DNA of 64,000 nt, from contig OY969474.1 of assembly GCA_963700145.1 (NCBI GenBank), positions 4,928,001 to 4,992,000 of the forward strand. Reading direction: 5' to 3'. How positions within the stretch are numbered: the first letter of the stretch is position 1; each line of letters starts with the position of its first letter. The DNA comes from an uncultured Acidobacteriota bacterium (lineage in GTDB: Bacteria > Acidobacteriota > Thermoanaerobaculia > Multivoradales > UBA5704). This document shows positions 31,742 through 40,722 of the stretch, piece after piece. Under the pieces are notes generated by a model that saw only the letters and a program-made list of their open reading frames with translations, made no database searches and was not told the origin of the DNA. A program made the position numbers and the translations under genes.

Positions 31742-32134
31742 TCACTGTTGCCGGCTGGTCCTCGGTGGCTGGACGGGTCCCCATCCGAACAGGCCCTGCT
31801 GTTGTTGCCAGGCGGTGCCGGTCACCCAGTAGACCGTGTCGACCCCCAGTTGGAGGAGACCGAACGCCAGGTTCCCCACTTGGTTGAGCAGACCGGATGC
31901 GGTGCCGGCCGCCTCGGGGAGGCCGAACGCAGCGTCCACCACCGCTCTCTGCAGCCGGTCCCCGCTCTCGAAGGCCGAGCGCAACGTCGGCCCGAGCTGC
32001 CCTTCAGCGGAGCGGGCCACGGCGCCGAAGGCCGTCGCCGCCCGGGGCGGGGCGATCAGGTTGGTCATCTGTTCGACGCCGAGCAGGGACATGGCCCACG
32101 AGAAGCTCGCCAGGGATTCAGCCAACTCACGCAT
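31742..32134 (-). CDS. hypothetical 'SWAMSL' domain protein
   Basis: MRELAESLASFSWAMSLLG.. aligns with the N-termini of 38116-39870 and 42579-42995. GAGGAG RBS. Confidence 0.8.
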   Translation of the reverse strand: MRELAESLASFSWAMSLLGVEQMTNLIAPPRAATAFGAVARSAEGQLGPTLRSAFESGDRLQRAVVDAAFGLPEAAGTASGLLNQVGNLAFGLLQLGVDTVYWVTGTAWQQQQGLFGWGPVQPPRTSRQQ

Positions 32135-32150
32135 CGACGTCGCTCCTCTG

Positions 32151-33377
32151 CTAGAACTGTTCCGGAACCTCGGTCTCGAGGGTCTCGACGCCGGGGATGA
32201 TGCAGCCCTCCTGATAACAGTCGTGTAAGGAGGCGTCGCTGAACCCCTTGTAGATGAGCTCTTCGAGGTGTGTGGGGTCGAGGTTCAACATGCCCAACGC
32301 GCCGCCTCCGAGCTCTTCCCGGGGATGGAAGCGGTGGATGGTCACCGGGCGGTAACTGGTGAGTGACTTCAATCCGCCCAGCGCGAGGACGGCTCCCTTC
32401 CCCAGCCGCTCCAGCTCCAGCTCGGGCAGCGCCTCGCCGCGCCGCAGGCGATCGAAGGCCTCGAGCCCGCGGTTGATTCGGCGCGCCCGGTAGATCTCGC
32501 GATTGACCAGCGCCGCCCACGCAATGGTCTGCAGGCGATAGGACGTGGCAACCGTGCTGTCCAGGGTGCTGAGCGGGATGGAGGCGACGTCCGGATCGAG
32601 GTAGACGACGTAGATAACGTCGGCCTCGTTGAGCGCCGGGCGGAGCGGAGTATTGATCAGGACGCTGCCGTCCACGAAGGGCTCGGCGCCGACGAAGATC
32701 GGGGGCAGGACGCCGGGGACGGCGCTCGACGCCTGGATCGCCAGGGGGCCGAGGTTGTCCGACATGTCCCGGTTGCCGAAGCTCCTCACCCGTCCCGTCG
32801 TCCAGTTCGTAGCGAAAATCCGCAGCTTTCGCGTCGCTTCGGTGCGGCGAATGTTCGGGAAGTTGATGGTCTGCCGGATCGTCTCGCTCCACGGCGCGGT
32901 CGAGACGAAGACCGTGAAGTCGAACAGGTTGGCGACCCTCTCCCTCAGGCCCTCTTGCTCTCCGGTGGCGAGGTAGACCGCTCTCTGGATTCCCTCCCAG
33001 GTGAGATACGCGCTGTCGCGGCCCAGCTCGAGCAGCGGGCGCAGAGGGTTCGGCACGTAGGCCGTGGGATCCAGGAAGAGGCCAGGATCGCCGCGGAAGC
33101 GGTAGATGCCGTTGCGCGCAGGGTCGCCGGCCAGGGTGCCGAGCCACACGCGCTCGAGATTGGCGACCGCCGCCGGGCCGAACTCATCCCATTGCGAGAC
33201 CAGAAAGGCGGCGTTGTAGGAGCCGATCGACGTGCCGAAGAAGTGTCCCGGTTCGATCAGCCCGAGACCCTTGCACTTGCCGCTGAACAGCGCCTTGAGG
33301 ACGCCGACCTCGTAAGCTCCATTGGCGCCCCCGCCGGAGAGAACGATCGCCTGCCGCGGTGCGCTTGGGCCGTTCAC
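32151..33377 (-). CDS. patatin-like phospholipase
   Basis: LSGGGANG, GTSIG (GxSxG), ASSAVPG and FVDGS. Confidence 0.9.
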   Translation of the reverse strand: MNGPSAPRQAIVLSGGGANGAYEVGVLKALFSGKCKGLGLIEPGHFFGTSIGSYNAAFLVSQWDEFGPAAVANLERVWLGTLAGDPARNGIYRFRGDPGLFLDPTAYVPNPLRPLLELGRDSAYLTWEGIQRAVYLATGEQEGLRERVANLFDFTVFVSTAPWSETIRQTINFPNIRRTEATRKLRIFATNWTTGRVRSFGNRDMSDNLGPLAIQASSAVPGVLPPIFVGAEPFVDGSVLINTPLRPALNEADVIYVVYLDPDVASIPLSTLDSTVATSYRLQTIAWAALVNREIYRARRINRGLEAFDRLRRGEALPELELERLGKGAVLALGGLKSLTSYRPVTIHRFHPREELGGGALGMLNLDPTHLEELIYKGFSDASLHDCYQEGCIIPGVETLETEVPEQF

Positions 33378-33435
33378 CTCAACCCCCCGTCACGGCCGGA
33401 GAAGCTTCCATGGACGTGTCTCGTCCTCCTGCAGC

Positions 33436-34323
33436 TCAACGCCGGGGCCGGCTGCCGGTCGGCGCGGTGCCCTTGCCAGGCGCCGGGGCCTTGCCAGGGG
33501 CGGCTGTCTCGCCAGACGTCTGGGAGGCGCCGGCTCCGCCGCCGAAGTATGCTCCCACGCTGTGGACCAGCAGGTAGTCCGCCGATCGATAGTGCGGGTA
33601 CTCCCTAGCGATCCGGCCGATCGCCTCCTGCGCCGTTTTCGATGACTCGACCGCGGCGATGAAGAAGCAGATATAGGTCCGCAGCTCGTCGAAGATCGAG
33701 GTATCGACCGGGAACTCTCCGTGCCCCCCGAAAACGCTCCGGATCGACCGCCCTGTCGGTATCTCTTCGAGGTGACGGAGCCACATGCCGGGCTGCTTCC
33801 CCGTCAGGAACAGGTGGACACGGTTGTAGACCAGGTCGCCGGCGACGAGCGTTCTGGCGCGCGGGATGTAGAAAGCTGTCTGGTGGCTCGCTTCTCCTCC
33901 CGCGTACTGCAGGAGCTGGACCTCCTCCCTGTCGATCCTCAGGCTCGAATCCTGGCAGCTCTCGGGCACGACCAACTCTTCACAGGCCAGCGGTCCATAC
34001 TTTTGCTTCACCAGATCGAGCATGAAAGCGCCCTGCGCCGCGATCGTCGCCGCCACCTCCGGCGCCGCGAGGATCGGGGTGTGCCGAAATTCGTCCCGCA
34101 GGACCTGAAGCCCCCCGAAGTGATCGGGGTGAGGATGGGAGATGTAGATCTGCTTGAGCCGCCAGCCACCCTTCTTGATCAGGGCCGCAAGTTTCTGCGC
34201 CGCCGGCCTTATCACGTGTGCATCGACCAGCATGGCCTCCCGATCGCCCGCGATCAGGACTGCGTTCTCCAGGACGCCCGACTTCCCGTCCAGGTGGTGG
34301 ATCACGTTCAGTGTGAATGGCAT
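33436..34323 (-). CDS. metallo-beta-lactamase-fold hydrolase
   Basis: ISHPHPDHFGG (HxHxDH), AGDLVY and GGHG. GGAGG RBS before ATG 34323. Confidence 0.88.
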   Translation of the reverse strand: MPFTLNVIHHLDGKSGVLENAVLIAGDREAMLVDAHVIRPAAQKLAALIKKGGWRLKQIYISHPHPDHFGGLQVLRDEFRHTPILAAPEVAATIAAQGAFMLDLVKQKYGPLACEELVVPESCQDSSLRIDREEVQLLQYAGGEASHQTAFYIPRARTLVAGDLVYNRVHLFLTGKQPGMWLRHLEEIPTGRSIRSVFGGHGEFPVDTSIFDELRTYICFFIAAVESSKTAQEAIGRIAREYPHYRSADYLLVHSVGAYFGGGAGASQTSGETAAPGKAPAPGKGTAPTGSRPRR

Positions 34324-34363
34324 GTCTACCTCCATCCATCGGTTCTGGCTGCAGCGGTCCCCA

Positions 34364-35653
34364 TCACAATCCTCTTCCCGAGAGGACCCAGGCCGGCAGC
34401 TCAGGGCTGAGCCAATCCGGTACCTGCCGCCAGGTCATGAGCGAGCCGGTGATCAGCGTGTAATGTTGCATGAAGTGTTGGACCAGCATGTCTTTTTCTA
34501 GCTGCGCTCTCGAGATGCAGAGATCCTCGGCCGCGCGGCCCCCGGTGAGGGCGTTGACGAGATCGACGTAGCCGAAGAGCGGATCGAAGCCGGGCGCCGC
34601 GCGCGAGGTCTGTTGGAGCAGGGCATAAAAGGGGGCAAACACGCGCGAGGTGAGCCCGAGCGACACAAGGTTGGCGAGCTGAGCGCCCCAGGTGAAAGGA
34701 TCCAGGGGGACGTCGAGGATCTGCTGCGGCCGGTTGATGACGAACGTGAGGCAGACGCGGATCTCGCCACTGTCACGGATCTTGAAATCGATGAGCTGGA
34801 AACCGGGGCCGAAGCGGCCTGGGCCGTAGACGAGCGGGCCGCGGGCCAGGGGGTTGCGGAGCACCGCGTAGCCGAACCCGTACTCCGCGAGCAGCCCCGG
34901 CCCCGGGTCGTCGACGGCGCGGATGAACGGTTTCGCCAGGACGATCGGGGTCTCCTCGCTAAGCGGTATCGTGAGGTACGGCTGCTCACCACCGAACGGC
35001 CGGAAGGTCAAGGTGAAGTCGAAGATGCGGACGCTCGCGACGATCCATTCGTAGATCGGGCCGATCTCGCGCAAGTCCACGATGGCGCCTTGCTGCGCGG
35101 GCGGAAATTTGCCGACGCGCCCCGAGCGGCGCAGCTTGTAGAAGAGCTGCCGGTAGCCGAATCCCTGGCGGGTTTCCTCCGGCCGTGGGCACCAGCTCAG
35201 GCCTGGGATGTGGAGCCCCCGCCCCTCCCGGTTCTCGTCGACGAAGGCCTCCGGGGCGCGGTAGTCGCTGACGCGCATGAAGTAGCGCAGCACGAACGCA
35301 CGGAGCTGGTCGCGATAGACCATGGCCTCTGCCGCCTTCGGGCGGTCGTAGGACAGGTCCTGGAAGCATCCCATGACCGGCAGCTCCCGATCGCCGGGCA
35401 GCGTCGCCACGTCGAAGAAGCCGAAGCTCGTGTCGGCGGGGTTGAAGGTCCGCATGATCTGGAACTTGTCGCTGTATGCCCCGGCGCGGTCGACTGCCTC
35501 CCACCAGTGCTGCAGCGCCACGGCCTCGGCCACGGCCTGCTCGACACCGCCGAGCAGCGCCGAGTCGTCCTCCGTCAGCAGCCCGCCGGGCTGATCGAAT
35601 CCCGACGTCTGGTCGGTGGGAGGACCGATCGAAACCTGAGGCTCGCTCAACAC
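34364..35653 (-). CDS. hypothetical protein
   Basis: 429-aa ORF with coding-like composition, overlapping the upstream stop. No family recognised. Confidence 0.7.
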   Translation of the reverse strand: MLSEPQVSIGPPTDQTSGFDQPGGLLTEDDSALLGGVEQAVAEAVALQHWWEAVDRAGAYSDKFQIMRTFNPADTSFGFFDVATLPGDRELPVMGCFQDLSYDRPKAAEAMVYRDQLRAFVLRYFMRVSDYRAPEAFVDENREGRGLHIPGLSWCPRPEETRQGFGYRQLFYKLRRSGRVGKFPPAQQGAIVDLREIGPIYEWIVASVRIFDFTLTFRPFGGEQPYLTIPLSEETPIVLAKPFIRAVDDPGPGLLAEYGFGYAVLRNPLARGPLVYGPGRFGPGFQLIDFKIRDSGEIRVCLTFVINRPQQILDVPLDPFTWGAQLANLVSLGLTSRVFAPFYALLQQTSRAAPGFDPLFGYVDLVNALTGGRAAEDLCISRAQLEKDMLVQHFMQHYTLITGSLMTWRQVPDWLSPELPAWVLSGRGL

Positions 35654-38073
35654 CAGGCGCTCGCTAGAGCGTCCCCGAACCGGCCGTCGGGATCGGAGAC
35701 GCGCAACACGTACAGGTTCGAAAGCGTCCGCGGAAAGACGCTGATGGCAGCGTTGAGAGACATCATGCCGACGGCGCCGCTGAACTGGCCGGTGCCCGAA
35801 ATGAAAGGCCCGAAGCCGCCGAAGCGGAACACCGGCATCGGCGCGCCGGGGAGCTGGGCCGGGAAGGCGCGGCCTTCGACGATGTCGGCGGTTAGCGTAC
35901 CGATGGTCCCGCCATGGCCGTCGAAGAACTGGAACACGCCGTTGCGCGTCTGGAAGGGGATGGGCGGTTGCAGCCCCGGCGCGAATGGGTTGAAGAGGAG
36001 CTGGCCGTCGAGCCTGCCGACGAGAGTCCCGACGCTCGTCTTGGCAAGCGGCGCCCGGCGGCCTGTGGCCGCCGAGTCGAGGTGGACCAGACGCAGAAGC
36101 TCGTGTACCGAAGCCCCTTGCATCTGGCCGCCCGGGCCGGAGATCGTGGTAGTGGGCTCATCGTCGTTCTCCTCGCCGAGGAAGGTGAGGAACGTCGTGC
36201 CCGGATCGGGGTCCGGGATCGGCACGAGCGCAGGCAGATCCGAGGTGGTGAGCAGATCGCCCGAGGGGTCGAGGACGCGCAGCATGATGTTGAGAGCGAG
36301 GCCGCTGGGGGGCGTGATGTAGCCGTTGACCACCACCGTCCCCTGGTGGTTCTTGAGCTTGCCATAGCCCTCGAGGATGTCGATGACCGCGCCGATGCGG
36401 AGCTGTGGCTGGCCATTGATGCGCATCGGGAAGGTGCGACCGGTCCCGAAGCCGTGAAAACCGCTGTGGCTGGCGTCGTCGAACCTGAACTCGCCGTCGA
36501 GAAAGGTGAAGCGCTGCGAGCGGGTCGGATCGAGGGGTGTCGGCGGCGGATCGCCGTTCGGATTCGCCACGTAGTCGTCGGGGATGGGTCGCCAGATGAT
36601 GTGTACCTTGGCCGCCGGCAGCCCGACGACATTCGCGGCCCGCAGCCCGCGCTCGGCGGTCGGCCGGGCCATCCGCACGTCGAAGCGGTGCAGGTTCTCG
36701 TGGACGTGGACCCCGATCATCTGGCCGTTGGCGATGATCGGCACGTTCGGCTCGGCGCTGTTGGGCATGGAGAAGAACGAGAAGTACGCGGCCCGCCGGA
36801 GCAGGTGCTGCACCACCTGCAGCTTGTAGCTCTCGGGATTGACCCCCGGCGGGAACGTAGGTGGCAGAGGCGGCATTCCGGGCGGCGGGCCCGGCGGCAT
36901 CCCGGCCGCTGCCGCCGCCGCGGGCGGGCCGGCGGGCGCACTGGCGACGGTCGGCGGAGAAGGAGCGCCGCCCGGGCTGCTCGGGCCGCCGGCGGCCGCC
37001 GCAGGGGGACCCTGGGGGATCGGCGCCTGGTTCTGCTTGCGGACGACCCGGAAGACGTCGAAGGTCTTGGCCGGGAACACGGTGTTCGGACCGAAGGGCG
37101 CGCCCGGGGCGAGCTGACCGGAACCGACGGCGCTCTTGACTCCGGAGGCTCCTTCGTACCTGCCCGTGCCGCCGGTGATGATCCCCATGGCGGTGGTCAT
37201 GAAGATCATCGAGCCGTCCGCGAGCGGCGCCAGGAACGCCTGGCTGGCACCGATGGCTGTGATCGAGTCCTCGTCGTTGAACTTCCACGTGGACTTGTAG
37301 TAGCCGCCGATTGGCAGCTGGGGGATCCCTCCGGGCTGGTCGATGGGCATCGACGGCATCGGGGGCTTCGTCATTAGCTGCTGCGGCGTCGCTGCGCCGA
37401 CCGCTGCCTGGATGCCCTCGTAGGAGCCTCCCGGCTGGCCGTCGGGTGTGAAGGTATCGATGCGCAGGATGATGTAGCGGGGATCCTCCAGGATGTAGCC
37501 GTTGCCGGCGCCGTAGCGGATGAGCACCTCTTCGCCCTGGACCCCGGGGTCGGTGACCGCCGGCGAGACCACCCGTCCGCCACCGGTCCGTGGCGACCGC
37601 CCGAAGGTCTCCGGTAGGACGCCGAGCTGCTGCAGCACGTACGCCCGGTCCCAGCCGATCCACGACTCCGCGCGCTTGCCGTTCTCCAGGAACCGGTTGA
37701 AGGCGAGCCCGTGGTACACGAAGGGCAAGTCCGTCGGCGGCAGGCCCATGAATCCGTTGGTCCGCGTGCCCTGGCTGGTGAAGCGCACCACGGTGAAGTT
37801 GTCCTTGGCGATCGCTTGGTCCACCGTGAAGCGGATGTCGGAAAAAGCCTTGAAGAACCCCTCCAGCGCCGCCTGGGCGTTCTCGGCGCCTTCGATTTTG
37901 CCGCCGGGCAAGGTATCGGTGAACCACTGGTAGTCGGGGGTCACCCCGGCGACGAAACCGCTGGCGTCGTGAGCGTTGAAGTTGACCCACCCCTTCAGCG
38001 TCGCCTGCAGATTGCGCTCTTCTGCCTCCTGCCGCCGCTGTTCGCTCGTCATGATCGCCTGTTCGCTCGTCAT
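35647..38073 (-). CDS. SnoaL-like (ester cyclase) domain + dirigent/AOC-like barrels, multidomain protein
   Basis: NAHD..FFKAFSDIRF..GTRTNGFMGLPPT..QQLG (SnoaL), TGGTGRYEGASG, a Pro-rich linker, then a region paralogous to 30499-31734. Confidence 0.75.
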   Translation of the reverse strand: MTSEQAIMTSEQRRQEAEERNLQATLKGWVNFNAHDASGFVAGVTPDYQWFTDTLPGGKIEGAENAQAALEGFFKAFSDIRFTVDQAIAKDNFTVVRFTSQGTRTNGFMGLPPTDLPFVYHGLAFNRFLENGKRAESWIGWDRAYVLQQLGVLPETFGRSPRTGGGRVVSPAVTDPGVQGEEVLIRYGAGNGYILEDPRYIILRIDTFTPDGQPGGSYEGIQAAVGAATPQQLMTKPPMPSMPIDQPGGIPQLPIGGYYKSTWKFNDEDSITAIGASQAFLAPLADGSMIFMTTAMGIITGGTGRYEGASGVKSAVGSGQLAPGAPFGPNTVFPAKTFDVFRVVRKQNQAPIPQGPPAAAAGGPSSPGGAPSPPTVASAPAGPPAAAAAAGMPPGPPPGMPPLPPTFPPGVNPESYKLQVVQHLLRRAAYFSFFSMPNSAEPNVPIIANGQMIGVHVHENLHRFDVRMARPTAERGLRAANVVGLPAAKVHIIWRPIPDDYVANPNGDPPPTPLDPTRSQRFTFLDGEFRFDDASHSGFHGFGTGRTFPMRINGQPQLRIGAVIDILEGYGKLKNHQGTVVVNGYITPPSGLALNIMLRVLDPSGDLLTTSDLPALVPIPDPDPGTTFLTFLGEENDDEPTTTISGPGGQMQGASVHELLRLVHLDSAATGRRAPLAKTSVGTLVGRLDGQLLFNPFAPGLQPPIPFQTRNGVFQFFDGHGGTIGTLTADIVEGRAFPAQLPGAPMPVFRFGGFGPFISGTGQFSGAVGMMSLNAAISVFPRTLSNLYVLRVSDPDGRFGDALASAWC

Positions 38074-38115
38074 GATCGTCTCCTTGATCGAGGTCTCGAG
38101 GACGCTCTCCCCGCT

Positions 38116-39870
38116 TCAGCGGGCCGGCGAGCCGGTCCGTACCGCCGGAAGGTTGCGATACCACTCCGCCATTGCCGTGCCAACGAGGTACGGATTCGTC
38201 TCATGCGGGTAGTGCAGGCCGGGCCCAACGTTGACGGAGACCAGATTCTTCAGGTTCTGCTGCAGCCAGCGGACGCTGTCGGAGGTGATGATCATCCCCG
38301 GCACGACATAGATGAGGAGCTTCGGCAGGTCGGTCCCGACGAGCCAGGGAATGTACCCGTCGACGATCCGGGCCACGGCAGCGGGCTGACCTTCGATCGG
38401 GATCTCGTTGACCCAGCGCCAGATGACCTCGCGGTTGACCTTCTCGCGGTACGGCAGGCGCGTCCATTCCATCTCTTCCTGGGTGACCGCCCGCCCCATG
38501 ATGCTGGGAGTCAGCACCTCAATGAAGATGTTCTGGTCGACGATCGCCTTGTAGCCGAAGCTGTCCTTGCTTGGATACCCCTCGCGGAAGAGGCGGAAGT
38601 TCTCGCGCACGAACTGGGGCGCGTCCGGCTCGGGGAACGTGCTCCACTGCGGATAGCTCTTGTACACCGCTTCCATGAAGATGAGGCCACGCACGTTGTC
38701 GGGATGACGGCTGGCGTAGTCGAAGCCGATGGCCGACCCCCAGTCGTGCATGACGAGAGTGATGTTGCGCAGTCCCTTCCGCGAGATGAAGCTCTCGATG
38801 AACTGGATGTGATCCTGGAAGCCGAAGCTGGCGTCCTCGGGTTTGGAGCCCGGTCCCATGCCGATCAAGTCCGGCGAATAGCAGCAGCCGAGCCCGACGA
38901 GGTGGGGAAAGATGTTGCGCCAGGTGTAGGACCAGTTCGGGTTGCCGTGGAGGAACACGAAGGGCTCTCCGGACCCGGCTTCGACGTAGCTCATCTCGAA
39001 GCCCTTGCCGCCGGGGCCTTGCACGTCGATGGTCTGGAGCTGGTAATTCCAGGCGGCCGAGGGGAACTCGACGTCGGCTTGCCGGACGAGCCGGAACGTC
39101 GCGACGGCGTCGCATCGCAGCTCCGCGCCCGGAGCGAACGGCGCGCCGCTGGGGAGGATGCCCCGCCCCAGGAAGGTGGCGCCGCCGAGCAGGCCGCTGT
39201 AGCGGCCGGAGCCGCCCGCGACATTGCCGGCTACCGAGAGGAGGAAGACGCTGGGGCCCTCCTGGTAGCGGGCGAGATTGAGGAGAGCCGGCCCGGAGAA
39301 GCCGACGGAGCCGCCGTCGGAGCTGCCCCAGGTCGCCGCGGCCTGAGCCCGGACCGTCGTGGGGCTCGTCGTGTGGTTGGATGCCCAGGCGTCGTGAAAA
39401 GGCTGCGCCGGCAGGTCGTACCAGGAGTACCACCGGTTGGCGTTCTCCGGCTCGTTCAGGTACGAGACGTCGAACACCACTCGGAGGTCACCGCCGGACT
39501 TCGACTCGAAAACGATCCTGCCGTCCTGGCCGAACTGCAGTGTGCCCTCGCCGGAGAAGGCGAGCGCCGAGTCACCCCCGTCGTCCAGTCCGTGCACCCC
39601 GCTCGCGGCGGCACCGCCCGGCGCGGCCCACAGCCGTGGATCGAAGACCCCGAACATGGTGTCCACCAAGCGCCTTTGCAGCTCGTCGCCGGCATGGAAC
39701 GCATCCGCGAAGAGCCCCTCGAGCTGAGCCTTGGCGGCCCGCGTCACCGCGTCGAGCGATGCCCCGCCGCCGCCGAGGTTTCGCGGGTCCACCAACGAAG
39801 CGAGCTGCCGGGCACCGAAGAGCGACATGGCCCACGAATAGCTGAGCAAAGACTTCGTCAGGTCACGCAT
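38116..39870 (-). CDS. SWAMSL domain + AOC-like barrel + haloalkane-dehalogenase-family hydrolase fusion
   Basis: FLHGNPNWSYTWRN, PDLIGMG, HDWGS, FMEA and GLHYPHE. The middle domain has GGSGRYSGLLG. Confidence 0.82.
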   Translation of the reverse strand: MRDLTKSLLSYSWAMSLFGARQLASLVDPRNLGGGGASLDAVTRAAKAQLEGLFADAFHAGDELQRRLVDTMFGVFDPRLWAAPGGAAASGVHGLDDGGDSALAFSGEGTLQFGQDGRIVFESKSGGDLRVVFDVSYLNEPENANRWYSWYDLPAQPFHDAWASNHTTSPTTVRAQAAATWGSSDGGSVGFSGPALLNLARYQEGPSVFLLSVAGNVAGGSGRYSGLLGGATFLGRGILPSGAPFAPGAELRCDAVATFRLVRQADVEFPSAAWNYQLQTIDVQGPGGKGFEMSYVEAGSGEPFVFLHGNPNWSYTWRNIFPHLVGLGCCYSPDLIGMGPGSKPEDASFGFQDHIQFIESFISRKGLRNITLVMHDWGSAIGFDYASRHPDNVRGLIFMEAVYKSYPQWSTFPEPDAPQFVRENFRLFREGYPSKDSFGYKAIVDQNIFIEVLTPSIMGRAVTQEEMEWTRLPYREKVNREVIWRWVNEIPIEGQPAAVARIVDGYIPWLVGTDLPKLLIYVVPGMIITSDSVRWLQQNLKNLVSVNVGPGLHYPHETNPYLVGTAMAEWYRNLPAVRTGSPAR

Positions 39871-40023
39871 GGCAGAAACCCCTCTTCGCCGGCCTGTGCC
39901 AGCCCAGCGCCTCGCACCCCCGTGCCTCCAGTGGGCGACACAGCGGTCCTGTACGCCGCGAAGCGCGTCCCGGCCCGGGGCCTGGCGCCTCGCGGCGCAT
40001 CCGGCCTTCCGGAAGACGGCGGC

Positions 40024-40656
40024 TTAGGTCGCCGCTGCGCCGGCCTCGCCACCGCCGCGCCGGCCTCGTCCTCCTCCACCGGTCGTCTCGGCGCTCTCGC
40101 CGCCTTCGCGCCCCTTCTCCAAGCAGACGCAGTCCGCGATCCGCTCGAGGGCCGCGAGCTGCCGCGACTCGAAATGCAGGTCCTGCTTGGCCCAACGGTC
40201 CAGGACGTTGTAGTAGACCCGGATGTACATGGCGTCACCAAGCGGGACGGCGTCGCAGCCGTACTTGCGCACGATCCAAGCGGTGAATCCATCCGGCGTG
40301 AGATTGTCCGTGACGAGGTCTTCGCCCTGCGTGAAAACCTGCTCGCCGTCGCGCTTGACGCTGACGAGGCTCCACTGGACGAGCTTCACCATGTCGTCGC
40401 TCAGGTTCCTGTCTCCCATCTTCCTTTCCTCCTTGCGTGTAGAAAGACTGCTCGGTTCCAACCGACGGTTTCCTTCTGCTTCGACAAAGCCTTCACCCGG
40501 CGTCGTGCCGGGATAAGGATCGATCGAGTTCCGCATCCCGCTCATGGTCAGCTCGGCCTGCCGCTCCATGTTCTGCACCGCCCGTGCGATCGCCTCGAGT
40601 CCGTTGGCGAACATCATGAACGGCATCAGCAACAGACGACCGAAGAGCTCCAGCAT
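40024..40656 (-). CDS. hypothetical protein with probable internal start at 40419
   Basis: 210-aa [18 protein letters not shown] precedes the internal ATG (MGDRNLSDDMVKLV). Confidence 0.7.
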   Translation of the reverse strand: MLELFGRLLLMPFMMFANGLEAIARAVQNMERQAELTMSGMRNSIDPYPGTTPGEGFVEAEGNRRLEPSSLSTRKEERKMGDRNLSDDMVKLVQWSLVSVKRDGEQVFTQGEDLVTDNLTPDGFTAWIVRKYGCDAVPLGDAMYIRVYYNVLDRWAKQDLHFESRQLAALERIADCVCLEKGREGGESAETTGGGGRGRRGGGEAGAAAT

Positions 40657-40722
40657 CTCAACCGCTCCCCAGGCGTCTGCCCGCCCAAGGAGCCTTCGTC
40701 ACCTGCCGGAAGAGCTCGAACA

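Noticed and set aside
36840-37020. Low-complexity GC-rich stretch as a repeat element
   Set aside because: It encodes the Pro/Ala/Gly linker of the 808-aa protein.
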